Below, piece after piece: positions 29,140-39,175 of a stretch of DNA of 53,729 nucleotides. Every line of letters begins with the position of its first letter. The stretch's first letter is position 1. Origin of the DNA: Bdellovibrionota bacterium (GTDB taxonomy: Bacteria > Bdellovibrionota_C > UBA2361); NCBI GenBank assembly GCA_044352465.1, contig JBILDU010000007.1, positions 1 to 53,729 of the forward strand, written 5' to 3'. The notes beneath the pieces are model-generated. The model searched no databases, had not been told where the DNA came from, and saw only the letters and a list, made by a program, of their open reading frames with translations. The position numbers were made by a program, and so were the translations under genes.

Positions 29140-30282
29140 CTAGGCGACCGCGCTTGCCCCCCACCGCGAGACTCCCTGGCTATCGTCTTGCACCAAGATC
29201 ATGGCTTGGGCAAGGACCCGGCCGAGAAGGAGTTGAAATTCTCTATTGAGAGAGTCGACAACATACCTTTGCACCAACTGGTCGACCACTACACCGGCTC
29301 CTCGGAGAGCGATGTTCCACTGTCGATGCACGTCAGGACACTCCCCTTCAAAGAGCCCGAGGAGCTGTTGCCGTCCGCGCTCAATGAGCGCCGCGGTTTG
29401 AGATTCTTCCCACTCAAAGGCTCGGCCCACCTCGCCCACGGCGCGGTCCACTGCCCCCGCGAGCGCCAAAAACTCATCGCTCCCCAGCCTCTGAGGAATT
29501 TTGGACATGAAACGCGCAAAGGCGAACGGCCACGCGCCAGCCAGTTTGCATTGCCACTCAACCAACCCAAGAAAAGCCCGGGCCTCAAGGGGATAGTGCG
29601 CTCGCGAACTACTCCACGTCGGCGCAACGGTCACTGTCGCCCGCAGCGCTCGGCGCTGCTCAACCTCCGGCGGAGCTTCGACCGCCGCACTCGCGGCCCG
29701 GTGGAGCGACTCAACCAGCGCTCTTAAAATCGATCCATCCCCGCAACAACCAGTCACAAGCTCATCGACCGAAGCGGCAAAGATCGAACCACAATCGTTA
29801 TCGAGGAATCCTGGCAAGCCCACCCCCTCGGCTAACCAAAAATCGCTGAACCTCCGCGCTCGAACCGCCGCGCCATTATCGACCCCGTTCGCTCGGGCGA
29901 GCGCCGCGACCAGCTCTTCTTTTATCGCTCCAAAGCTCGCCGCTCGGGGCGATTCCACCGGCACAGGTTTCCCGTCGCGAATGATTTTTCGAACCGGCGC
30001 ACGTGTTGGCAAAGCGCTGACCGCATCGTGTTTCGGGGGTACGACATCCGGCGCCAGGACGGTCTCTTCCAGCTTCGGCGAGGTTGGCGCACTCTCCGAC
30101 ACCGACGCCACGCTCTTCGCCCCCTTCATCGGGGCTCTCTTTGGCGCAGACTTCGATAGCACCACCTTACGCGCCACAGCCTTTTTTTTGACGATTACCG
30201 CTCTTTTAACGCCAACTTTCTTCGCTGCGCCTCTCGTAGCCCCGCCCTTCGAGCGACTTCCAACCAACTTCTTTTTCTTCAC
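29140..30282 (-). CDS. Hypothetical protein with Lys/Ala/Val-rich basic N-terminus
   Basis: 380-aa ORF, GTG start after GAGAG; the first ~55 aa resemble histone-H1-like composition. Confidence 0.65.
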   Translation of the reverse strand: MKKKKLVGSRSKGGATRGAAKKVGVKRAVIVKKKAVARKVVLSKSAPKRAPMKGAKSVASVSESAPTSPKLEETVLAPDVVPPKHDAVSALPTRAPVRKIIRDGKPVPVESPRAASFGAIKEELVAALARANGVDNGAAVRARRFSDFWLAEGVGLPGFLDNDCGSIFAASVDELVTGCCGDGSILRALVESLHRAASAAVEAPPEVEQRRALRATVTVAPTWSSSRAHYPLEARAFLGLVEWQCKLAGAWPFAFARFMSKIPQRLGSDEFLALAGAVDRAVGEVGRAFEWEESQTAALIERGRQQLLGLFEGECPDVHRQWNIALRGAGVVVDQLVQRYVVDSLNREFQLLLGRVLAQAMILVQDDSQGVSRWGASAVA

Positions 30283-30687
30283 CTTAACGACTCTCTCAAT
30301 CAGGAAAACTTACTCGGCTCCATCACGCGCACCCACCTTGTTCCGACCTAGAGAAGTCGGCGTGCACTCTACAGAAGACACTGAACAAGCTACCACCCCA
30401 GAACCCGCTCAGCGTTTCCCCAAAAGGAGTAAAGAGCGAAAGGCGCAGCTTATGCGAAACTTCGTAACTGCGGGAACCCAAACCCGCGGGCATCTTAGCG
30501 AAAACCGCCCCCCCTTGGTACACCCCGAATAGCGAATTTTTACTCGCCGGGCCTCTCCGAAAAAACTAATGAACCAAAAATAAAAGCCCCCCACGAATTG
30601 CTCTTTTCTAGTCTTTTTGGATATGATACTTCTATGCTCTCAATCGGGACAAAACCTCTCTTTCAATAACGAAATCAGAGGCTTCCC

Positions 30688-30701
30688 TAAACACTAGTTA
30701 A
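30688..30701. promoter_or_regulatory. Candidate LexA box
   Basis: TAAAC-ACTA-GTTAA, an AAC-N4-GTT imperfect palindrome 17 nt upstream of lexA. Confidence 0.3.
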
Positions 30702-30718
30702 CGCAAACAAAAAGCCCT

Positions 30719-31375
30719 ATGGCAAACTCATCGAAAACGGCCGCCGAAAAGGAAGGTGGGGGCTTTCGCTCGAGCACCCTCGCCCCGGTACAGCGCCAAA
30801 CCCTCGAGTTTCTCCGTAACTTCATGGCAGATAAAGGATACGCGCCAACCCTGAAGGACATCGCCGAACATATCGGTGTGAAATCGGTATCAACCGCGCA
30901 CTTCCATCTCGAGAGGTTAGAAGACAAGGGATTTATCCGGCGTGGGAACGACGGTTTTATCGAACTTATCGAATCAGCGAAGCCGGAACTCGGCCCCACC
31001 GCTGTTCCCCTCGTCGGCGTTATCGCCGCCGGCATGCCGATCGAGGCGATTGAGCAACAAACGATGATCGATATACCGTCTCATATGATATCTGGACGGG
31101 GTGAAGTTTTTTGCCTCGAAGTAAGCGGAGAGTCGATGATCGACGCCCACATCTGCGACGGAGATATCGTCGTGGTCCGCAAGCAGGAAAACGCTGACGA
31201 CGGACAGATCGTAGTCGCGCTTCTTGAAGACGGCTCGGCAACGCTGAAGCGTTATCGCCGATTAAAGAACGGTAAAGTTATGTTGATCCCGGCTAACCCT
31301 GCCCTACAACCGATTACTCTCGACAAGGTGGCGATACAGGGCAAGGTTATCGGCATCATTCGTGAACTTCACTAA
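30719..31375 (+). CDS. lexA: SOS repressor LexA
   Basis: GYAPTLKDIA HTH, IAAG cleavage site, GESM serine, TLK lysine. Confidence 0.96.
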   Translation: MANSSKTAAEKEGGGFRSSTLAPVQRQTLEFLRNFMADKGYAPTLKDIAEHIGVKSVSTAHFHLERLEDKGFIRRGNDGFIELIESAKPELGPTAVPLVGVIAAGMPIEAIEQQTMIDIPSHMISGRGEVFCLEVSGESMIDAHICDGDIVVVRKQENADDGQIVVALLEDGSATLKRYRRLKNGKVMLIPANPALQPITLDKVAIQGKVIGIIRELH

Positions 31376-31436
31376 ATGAACCTCGGAACGACGACATTTT
31401 AGTAACCCCAATATTTTTTACTGCAAAGGAAACAAC

Positions 31437-32603
31437 ATGAACGATCAAAAAAATTCCGCCCACCGCTTTGACGACGACCTCCCACCACAAGAAAAGGAGA
31501 AAGCTCTTACCTCAGCCATCGGACAACTCGAGAAGCGCTTCGGGCGCGGCGCGATCATGAACCTCGGTACCGCAGCGGATGAGAAGATCGAAGCGTATTC
31601 GACGGGGAGTCTTGGACTCGACATCGCTCTCGGCATCGGCGGGCTCCCGAAGGGCCGAATCTGCGAGATCTACGGACCCGAATCATCAGGTAAGACAACT
31701 CTAGCGCTCCACCTCGCGGCCGAAGCGCAACGCAAGGGCGGCACCGTCGTATTCATCGACGCGGAGCACGCTCTCGACGTCAAGTACGCACGCAAACTCG
31801 GCGTCGACACCGGCAAGCTCCTCGTCAGCCAACCGGACTGTGGCGAGCAGGCCCTTGAGATCTGCGAAACGCTCATCCAAAGCGGGTCCGTTGACCTCGT
31901 AATCGTAGACTCCGTTGCTGCACTCGTGCCGCGCGCGGAGATCGATGGTGAGATGGGAGACCAACAACCGGGATTGCAAGCCCGCTTGATGAGCAAGGCG
32001 CTTCGAAAGTTGACCGCCCTCTCAGCTAAGGCGAACTGCACCATTCTCTTCATCAATCAGATCCGGATGAAGATCGGCGTCATGTTCGGCTCTCCAGAGA
32101 CTACCGCTGGCGGTAATGCGCTTAAGTTCTACGCCTCGGTACGGCTCGACGTGCGCCGAATCGGCACTATCAAGGACACCAAGGAGGATGCTGACGTTAC
32201 CGGCAACCGAGTACGGGTCAAGGTCGTGAAGAACAAAGTAGCTCCGCCGTTCCGCGAAGCTGAATTCGATGTGATCTTCAACGAGGGCATCTGCCAGACC
32301 GGGGAGATCATCGATATCGGCGTCGAGAAAGGGATCGTCGATAAGGCGGGGGCTTGGTATTCTTTCCGTGGCGAACGTATGGGCCAAGGACGAGAAGGGT
32401 CGAAAACCTTCCTCAAGGAGAACCTGGAGGTTCGTGCGGAGATCCGCAGCCTGATCCTCTCAACCCTGGGTATCTCTGACGAGACCGGGGATGGGGCCGA
32501 TCTCGCACTCGCTTCAGCGGATGCCCTCGAGGATGCCCCGAAGAAGGCTTCCAAAGGGAAGAAGAAAGAGGAGATGAATGGCGCTCCAGCGCTGGAACAG
32601 TAA
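31437..32603 (+). CDS. recA: Recombinase RecA
   Basis: [44 protein letters not shown]. Confidence 0.99.
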   Translation: MNDQKNSAHRFDDDLPPQEKEKALTSAIGQLEKRFGRGAIMNLGTAADEKIEAYSTGSLGLDIALGIGGLPKGRICEIYGPESSGKTTLALHLAAEAQRKGGTVVFIDAEHALDVKYARKLGVDTGKLLVSQPDCGEQALEICETLIQSGSVDLVIVDSVAALVPRAEIDGEMGDQQPGLQARLMSKALRKLTALSAKANCTILFINQIRMKIGVMFGSPETTAGGNALKFYASVRLDVRRIGTIKDTKEDADVTGNRVRVKVVKNKVAPPFREAEFDVIFNEGICQTGEIIDIGVEKGIVDKAGAWYSFRGERMGQGREGSKTFLKENLEVRAEIRSLILSTLGISDETGDGADLALASADALEDAPKKASKGKKKEEMNGAPALEQ

Positions 32604-32641
32604 TTCCAGCGTTACGCGGTAGTCCAGAAGGGACACCTCAG

Positions 32642-32704
32642 AAACGCCCCAGCCGGCCTTCGCCACCGATAACAGGGTGGGTAGGCCGGTTTGGGGCGTT
32701 TTTT
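32642..32704 (+). terminator. Long-stem terminator after recA
   Basis: AAACGCCCCAGCCGGCCT...AGGCCGGTTTGGGGCGTTTTTT. Confidence 0.75.
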
Positions 32705-32786
32705 CGCGTCAGGGTTTGGCAAAGCGCGGACCACACCTCTGACGCGGAGCCTCTCTCGAATCGTTACGAAGCTTTTTCACCTTTAG

Positions 32787-33377
32787 TTAGGGCGCACCCT
32801 CGTTGGGTGGTGTTGGGGTTGCCACCCCGCTTGGGTTCGCCCCGTTTGTTGCTGCCGCGGTGCGTCCCACCTCGGCGATAAAATTCTTAAACCCCTCTCG
32901 CACCTCGAGCCACACAGCGTGATTATTCTCCTTCGAGGTGAAACCGTTTGGGGTCTCTTCATCCCACTGCTCCACCCGTTCGAGGGTTTGCACCAGCTTT
33001 CGAGGATCCTGAAAACCGAATCGATCGATCGGATTACCGACGACATCCGAAAGTACGCTGAACAAAGCTGGGTCCCCGGACGACTCAAGATGAGGATTTA
33101 CGGCGAGATAGAAGCGGAATCGAAGCTGCCCCACGTAATACCAGAAAACCGCCTCGTCTTTACGACCCTCAGCGAACAGCCTCTGCGCGAGCACATAAAG
33201 GGTTGCCGGATGGACCGCAGGCGCCCCCTTCTCGATCTGCGCGGTAGTCATCCGATCACCCGGCACCCGGGGTAACTCAGCCAAAATAGGATTAACTACC
33301 CCCAGAACCAGCCCACAAGCTATGAGACCGCCCCACCCCTTTAACACCCGAACTGCTAAATCAAAGTCTAGCATCAC
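32787..33377 (-). CDS. Hypothetical secreted helical protein
   Basis: Signal-like N-terminus; TPR-like LAQRLFAEGRKDEAVFWYYVGQLR. Confidence 0.7.
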   Translation of the reverse strand: MMLDFDLAVRVLKGWGGLIACGLVLGVVNPILAELPRVPGDRMTTAQIEKGAPAVHPATLYVLAQRLFAEGRKDEAVFWYYVGQLRFRFYLAVNPHLESSGDPALFSVLSDVVGNPIDRFGFQDPRKLVQTLERVEQWDEETPNGFTSKENNHAVWLEVREGFKNFIAEVGRTAAATNGANPSGVATPTPPNEGAP

Positions 33378-33479
33378 ACCCTCTCAATCTGGCCCGTTGC
33401 GTCGAAACGTGCTCCGACACACAATCGGTGGAGGGCGGTGCAAAGACACCCTCAACACCCATACGTGCCGGGACCACTC

Positions 33480-34376
33480 ATGCTTATCCGAACGAGCGGA
33501 GCACCACAACCGAACCTTTATCTCCTGACCCTCGGAAATACCTGCCGATATGCCGTCGGACTTGAACGGCTGACCTTAACCGACCCGGGCGTAGGCGCAC
33601 ACGCAGCGCCGCTCGAGGCACGGCTCCAATCACTTAAGATACCACTTTCCTCAATCGAACGGGTCGTTTTAACTAATCTTAGAGGCGATCGAATCGGCGC
33701 ACTGCCGACCCTCCGTGCCCGGGCGCCCCATATCTGCTTGACCCTTACGGCGACCCAAGCCTTGTCGATTCGGAGCACCGAATACCAACACCGTCTGTAC
33801 ACTGAGTGCTTGGCTCTCGAGAAGCTGACGAACTCCTCCACCCCTCTCCCCCCCTTCAACGAGTTCGTCCACGCCATCACCCCTGATGAGATCATCCCAG
33901 ACTCAGAGGTGATCGAATGCTCAGGTGGTCTGGCTCTCCGGGTCTCTGCCCTGCCTGGCCATACGGCCGAAAGCGTGGGCTTTTTCGTTGAACCGTATGG
34001 GTTTTTGATCGCGGACGAAGTGCTCGGATATTATCGGGGGCGAGAGCTCGCTGCACCAGGATGCGACGCCTCGTTCGAGGCTTCTCTTTCAAGCCTGAAA
34101 AAGGTCGACCAATTGCCCCTCCATGGTCTTGGGCTTTCAAATATGGGCGTTCTCACCGGAGAGCTTGTTCGTAAGCACCTGCACGCTGTTACCCTCAACA
34201 CCCAAGACCTCAAACGGGAGGTCTCCAACGCGCGGAGTGAAGGCGTTCCCCCGGAGGTCATCACCCGCTCGATACGGGATTCCTTCTACACATCCGATTC
34301 TCGTGATCCCTTTGTGCTTGATCGACTTGAGAGAACTTTTCGATCGATCGTCACTCAGTGCGGTATCGTATCTTAG
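33480..34376 (+). CDS. MBL-fold protein with degenerate metal site
   Basis: LTDPG, VVLTNLRGDRIG (in place of THxHxDHxG), LPGHT, LIADE. Confidence 0.7.
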   Translation: MLIRTSGAPQPNLYLLTLGNTCRYAVGLERLTLTDPGVGAHAAPLEARLQSLKIPLSSIERVVLTNLRGDRIGALPTLRARAPHICLTLTATQALSIRSTEYQHRLYTECLALEKLTNSSTPLPPFNEFVHAITPDEIIPDSEVIECSGGLALRVSALPGHTAESVGFFVEPYGFLIADEVLGYYRGRELAAPGCDASFEASLSSLKKVDQLPLHGLGLSNMGVLTGELVRKHLHAVTLNTQDLKREVSNARSEGVPPEVITRSIRDSFYTSDSRDPFVLDRLERTFRSIVTQCGIVS

Positions 34377-34570
34377 AAGCCCCATTTTAGGCGGCTCCTC
34401 GCAGAGCGGTAAAAAACTCGCTGGGGTGGGGGGAGTACAAGACACACCCGATACCCAGCGATGCTGGAACGCACACGAGGAAACTGATTGAAGGGCACAC
34501 CCGCCCGCGCTGTTTCCCCGCCGGACAAAGCTCCGAAAGGGAGAGAACTTGCAAGGCGGGAGAGGTGAGA

Positions 34571-35671
34571 TCACCAATTAAAGCGGACGTAAGCCAAGGC
34601 GTGGTCGGAGGCTTGCACCGGCTTGGTAACCACCCCCGAGTCGTAATCCCCCTCGCTGTCGAAACGGGACCATGCATACCTTAGAGTCTCAGCCGGTACC
34701 GTGATCTCATCGAGCCACGAGTACATTCCTTTCACCTGGTAGGTGCCGGTCAACTGACGAGTCTGTGGATCGGTGGTGAGAACGCTAAAAAGACGCTGCG
34801 GGGAAAAGGAACCCGCGGCGCACAGCGGAATCCCCCGCTTACTTAATCGACAGATCCCCTTCCCTTGAAAGTCTTTCAGCGTAACCGTCCCCTCCAAGAT
34901 CCGCGCACTCGCCATATCGAAGTTGCTATTTCGATCGCCTAATAAAATGAGTAGCGAGTCACCACCACCAAAAGCCGAAGCATGGCGGGTCTCCACAACG
35001 CGCCGGAGCGCCTCCGCCATCTCCATCCGATAGGTCTCCCATTGAAGACCTGCTGGGTCCGCGATCTTCCCCCCTTGCGATTTGAAGTGAAAGGTCACCA
35101 GCGTTACATTCTTGGCCGCGCCTTCACCCCGCGGGCGTACCGTAAGCTGAATCTCGAACGGTCCTCGACTGAAAAAACGTTGCTTCTGCCTCAGGCTCGT
35201 CTTCGGAAGCTCGACTTTGGCGTATGACAAGGTGTTGATTATCTCAGCCCGGTCTTTTGCAATGAGAAAGCCGTTACGTAGATTCGGATCGTTGGATGGG
35301 GCAACCCTGTAGTCAAAGAAACGTCCCGAACGGCGCTGTATCTCTTTGGTAAGCCTCTCCAGAGCCGCCGCGGCACTCTGCTCGGTTTTGCCCACGACCT
35401 CTTGCACGGCGACAACATCGCACCCCGCCACTCGAAAACGTTCGGCGAGAGCCGCCTCCTTAATCCGGTAGTCTTCGATCGTGAGCCCTACCTTACGACG
35501 AGCCGTGTCCGCATACGAACCGTAGTTCTCCAGATTCTGGGTACAAACCACGAGCTCTGCCGGACCACGCGGATCGGTCGTCGGCGCTCCCGGAGAAAAC
35601 CGAAGCTGGGCGGCAACGCCTGTTGCTAGAAGGAGCACTCCACCGCAAAGTTTAACGATTCCCCGAACCAT
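34571..35671 (-). CDS. Secreted endonuclease/exonuclease/phosphatase family protein
   Basis: Signal peptide; TQNLENY, AVQEV, HFKS, LGDRNS, ASDH. Confidence 0.87.
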   Translation of the reverse strand: MVRGIVKLCGGVLLLATGVAAQLRFSPGAPTTDPRGPAELVVCTQNLENYGSYADTARRKVGLTIEDYRIKEAALAERFRVAGCDVVAVQEVVGKTEQSAAAALERLTKEIQRRSGRFFDYRVAPSNDPNLRNGFLIAKDRAEIINTLSYAKVELPKTSLRQKQRFFSRGPFEIQLTVRPRGEGAAKNVTLVTFHFKSQGGKIADPAGLQWETYRMEMAEALRRVVETRHASAFGGGDSLLILLGDRNSNFDMASARILEGTVTLKDFQGKGICRLSKRGIPLCAAGSFSPQRLFSVLTTDPQTRQLTGTYQVKGMYSWLDEITVPAETLRYAWSRFDSEGDYDSGVVTKPVQASDHALAYVRFNW

Positions 35672-35679
35672 AGCTCTCT

Positions 35680-36351
35680 CTACGCCCGCAAACGCATGCC
35701 TCGCCCTGACGCCCCGCGCGTCTGAACGCGCTTGTGAAAAAACGCCCCCAGTTCCTCCCCCGCAGCCTCAGCCGACTGAATCCGGCTTAAGCCTAACGTT
35801 CCAACCAAGATAGCATCAACGATATCCTGGTTGCGCTTTAAATGAAGGGGAGTCGACTCAAAACCCATTCCATGAAGCGCCGGTCCATAAAGCGACCGAA
35901 CGACCTCAACCGCCACCTCTTTTACTATCTCACGCTTGGTCTGCTTCCCTTTGAGGCCCATTACCTCAAACTGCACCGAACGCGGGTTGAGCCTTCCTGG
36001 GACACCAACTCCTCGGCTCCGCGCCACCGCCTCAAAGATTCCTCTGACCTGCTCGACCTTGAATGCTGCGCGGGGGTCTCGCATCGTGGTCTGCTCCTCA
36101 CAGATAAGGACATCCCTCTCATCAAGCTCGAACCGCTCCAAGAGAGCCACGACTCGCGTCTGCAGCTCCTCGAGCCGATGAGCCATCGGCACCGTAGCGC
36201 CGAGAGATCGGAGCTTGCCTACTCCACAGAGAGCTCCCTTCCTTATCTCGAAGAGCGCCCACCCCGAGCAGGTCAGACTGGGGTCGATAGCTATCAAACG
36301 ACGAAACGGCATAGCCTCCCTATCATAGGGTTCGAAGGGGTTTTCGGCCAT
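35680..36351 (-). CDS. ruvC: RuvC-like Holliday junction resolvase
   Basis: IAIDPSLTCSGWA, ICEE, DIVDA acidic catalytic pattern; no ruvAB adjacent. Confidence 0.65.
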   Translation of the reverse strand: MAENPFEPYDREAMPFRRLIAIDPSLTCSGWALFEIRKGALCGVGKLRSLGATVPMAHRLEELQTRVVALLERFELDERDVLICEEQTTMRDPRAAFKVEQVRGIFEAVARSRGVGVPGRLNPRSVQFEVMGLKGKQTKREIVKEVAVEVVRSLYGPALHGMGFESTPLHLKRNQDIVDAILVGTLGLSRIQSAEAAGEELGAFFHKRVQTRGASGRGMRLRA

Positions 36352-36624
36352 TCCCTAACGAAGTTCCCGGGTAAATGAAAGATATTACAGTGGGTTTCAT
36401 AGAAACGTGCCTCGCCCGATCTGAGGCGAAAACGAGCGGTGAACCACGCCACCACCGCCCATAGAAGCCTGTTTCCGGCCCCGTACTCGCATTTGGCCTC
36501 TTTGGAAAAGTCTGCTAGATTCGGACCCTTGCATGGACTTAAGAGGCTCGTGATGGAGGCGTCCCCTCCAATGCAGTTTCCACGTCCCTAACCTAACGGT
36601 AACTGTTGTTTCGCCCTGAGGCTC

Positions 36625-37572
36625 ATGGATCAAGAACTCATAGCAGAACTCTACACCAAGATGCTCCGTATCCGCCGCTTCGAGGAAGAGGCTGCACGGC
36701 TGTACACTGAGAAGAAGATCGGTGGATTCCTCCACCTCTACATCGGCCAAGAGGCGGTCAGCGTGGGGACTCTCTCGGTACTCGAGCCGAAGGATTTTAT
36801 CGTCACCGCCTATCGATGCCACGGCCACTACCTCGCCCGGGGTGGCACCTCCCGTGCCGGTATGGCGGAGCTCCTTGGAAAGGCGACCGGCTGCGCCCAA
36901 GGTCGCGGTGGCTCGATGCATTTTTACGATCGTAGCCTTAACTTCATGGGTGGGTGGGGTATCGTCGGTGCCCATTGTCCCCTCGCGGCCGGGATCGCAT
37001 TCGCCCAAAATTACACCAACCAGGACGGAGTAGCTGTGTGTTTCCTCGGCGACGGCGCGATTAACATCGGCCCGTTCCACGAGGCCCTCTCGCTCGCCGC
37101 CTTATGGAAACTCCCCGTCATCTACATCATCGAGAACAACTACTTTGCGATGGGGACCCCCTTAGAGAAGACCGCGCCCACCGAAGACCTCTCGATTCGC
37201 GCACTCGCCTACCCGATGGCGCGCGACTCGGTCGACGGCCATGACGTGTTCGCTATGCGGGCCGCCGTTCACACCGCGGTTCGCCGCGCCCGAGAGCAAA
37301 AGCTGCCGACCCTTATCGAAGCCAAAACCTACCGCTATCGGGGGCACTCGATGGCCGACCCGGGCACCTACCGGACGAAGGATCAGATCGAGGAGTGGCG
37401 TAGTCGGGATCCGCTCAAGGGCCTGGGCGAAAAGTTGGAGCATCTCGGCATGAAAGGTACCCGCGACCGGATCGATCATGAGATCGAGGCGGAGATCATG
37501 GATGCCGTGAAATTCGCCGAAGACTCACCGTTCCCCGATCCCGCGACGGCGAGCGACTACGTGTATATCTAA
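36625..37572 (+). CDS. pdhA: Pyruvate dehydrogenase E1 alpha
   Basis: GFLHLYIGQEA, GRGGSMH, GDGA...ENN, TYRYRGHSMAD. Confidence 0.96.
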   Translation: MDQELIAELYTKMLRIRRFEEEAARLYTEKKIGGFLHLYIGQEAVSVGTLSVLEPKDFIVTAYRCHGHYLARGGTSRAGMAELLGKATGCAQGRGGSMHFYDRSLNFMGGWGIVGAHCPLAAGIAFAQNYTNQDGVAVCFLGDGAINIGPFHEALSLAALWKLPVIYIIENNYFAMGTPLEKTAPTEDLSIRALAYPMARDSVDGHDVFAMRAAVHTAVRRAREQKLPTLIEAKTYRYRGHSMADPGTYRTKDQIEEWRSRDPLKGLGEKLEHLGMKGTRDRIDHEIEAEIMDAVKFAEDSPFPDPATASDYVYI

Positions 37573-37611
37573 CCGTTCAACGAATAAGTTACCGATTAAG
37601 AGAAGTAAGCC

Positions 37612-38595
37612 ATGCGTGAGATAGCTATCCGAGATGCGCTCAAAGAAGCGATGACCGAAGAGATGATGCGGGACAGCTCCGTATTCCTGGTCGGCGAAGA
37701 GGTCGGTGCCTACAACGGTGCTTATAAATGCTCGAAAGGGATGCTTGAGCAGTTCGGCCCCAAAAGGGTTATCGACGCGCCGATAGCCGAATGCGGCTTC
37801 GCCGGTATCGCCATCGGAGCGGCGATGGTAGGACTTCGCCCGATCGTTGAGTTCATGACTTTTAACTTTTCCCTCATCGCGATCGACCAGATCCTCAACA
37901 CCGCGGCGAAAGCGCGTCTGATGTCGGCGGGCCAATTTAAAGTACCGATGGTGTTCCGTGGAGCTGGTGGAGCCGCCTACCAACTCGGCGCTCAACACGC
38001 CAACTCTTTCGAGAGCTTTTACGCCTACACCCCAGGACTTATCGTCATCGCGCCCTCAACCCCTCACGACATGAAAGGTCTCCTCAAGAGCGCGATTCGG
38101 GACGACAATCCGGTTTGTTTCTTCGAGTCGGAGCTGACCTACAGCCTCAAAGGCCCCGTGCCCGAGGAGGAGTACCTCATCCCGATCGGCAAGGCCGACA
38201 TTAAACGGGAGGGCACCGATATTACCCTCATTTCGTGGTCGAAGAACGTTTTCCTGACGCTGCAAGTTGCTGAGGAACTAGCGAACCAAGGAATCTCAGC
38301 CGAGGTGATCGACCTGCGCACCTTGCGACCCCTCGACGAGGAGACGATCTTCCGCTCGATTGCGAAAACTCACCGGTGTCTCATCATCCAGGAGCAACAT
38401 GAGGTCGCCTCATTCGGCGCCTATGTCAGTCACCTCATCTCGACCCAAGTATTCGACGAACTCGATGCCCCGGTCGGTCTCGTGTCGTCCCTGGAGGTCC
38501 CGATGCCCTATTCACGCGCCCTCGAGAGCATCATTTTGCCCTCCAAAGATCGCTGTATCGCGGAGGCGAAACGGGTGCTGGCAGGGCGAATCTAA
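37612..38595 (+). CDS. pdhB: Pyruvate dehydrogenase E1 beta
   Basis: GEEVGAYNGAYK, EFMTFNF, AQH, IDLRTLRPLD. Confidence 0.96.
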   Translation: MREIAIRDALKEAMTEEMMRDSSVFLVGEEVGAYNGAYKCSKGMLEQFGPKRVIDAPIAECGFAGIAIGAAMVGLRPIVEFMTFNFSLIAIDQILNTAAKARLMSAGQFKVPMVFRGAGGAAYQLGAQHANSFESFYAYTPGLIVIAPSTPHDMKGLLKSAIRDDNPVCFFESELTYSLKGPVPEEEYLIPIGKADIKREGTDITLISWSKNVFLTLQVAEELANQGISAEVIDLRTLRPLDEETIFRSIAKTHRCLIIQEQHEVASFGAYVSHLISTQVFDELDAPVGLVSSLEVPMPYSRALESIILPSKDRCIAEAKRVLAGRI

Positions 38596-38632
38596 GGTAA
38601 CGGCGCCGTAAAGGAGTAGAGGATCTTGCCCC

Positions 38633-39160
38633 ATGCCCACCCTACCCTTTGGTACCAAAGCACCCTCGATTCACCCCTCGGTCTTCGTTGCCCCAACCGC
38701 ATGGCTGACCGGCGATGTTCAGATCGCCGCTGACTCCTCCGTTTTTTTCGGAGCCGTCGGCCGTGGTGATATCTACCCGATTGTCATCGGCCCCCGCACC
38801 AATATCCAAGAGCACGCCGTGCTCCACACGTCGACTGGAATCGGGCCGTGCATTATCGGTGCTGGCGTTACGGTCGGCCACGGAGCGATAGTCCACGGAG
38901 CCACGGTCAGAGACAACTGCACCATCGGGATGGGGTCCACCGTCCTCGACGGCGCTGTTATCGGCGAGAATTCCATCGTGGGCGCGCAAGCGCTGGTGCC
39001 GATGAATATGCAGGTCCCACCGGGCAGCCTCGTTCTTGGAATCCCGGCGAAAGTGGTACGCGCTCTCACCTCTGAGGAGATCGAAAGTATCAAAGTCAAC
39101 GCCCAACACTACGTCGATGTCAGTCGGGAATACCGCGCCCAATTCCAAAAGCTCGCTTAA
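38633..39160 (+). CDS. Gamma carbonic anhydrase family (YrdA/PaaY-like)
   Basis: Hexapeptide repeats; RGD, NIQE...LH, VGHGAIVHG. Confidence 0.92.
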   Translation: MPTLPFGTKAPSIHPSVFVAPTAWLTGDVQIAADSSVFFGAVGRGDIYPIVIGPRTNIQEHAVLHTSTGIGPCIIGAGVTVGHGAIVHGATVRDNCTIGMGSTVLDGAVIGENSIVGAQALVPMNMQVPPGSLVLGIPAKVVRALTSEEIESIKVNAQHYVDVSREYRAQFQKLA

Positions 39161-39175
39161 CCCAACTAAACAACG

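Noticed and set aside
36397..37080. 227-aa minus-strand ORF and similar long antisense ORFs across the window
   Set aside because: Shadows of well-supported genes (here pdhA), expected in GC-rich DNA.
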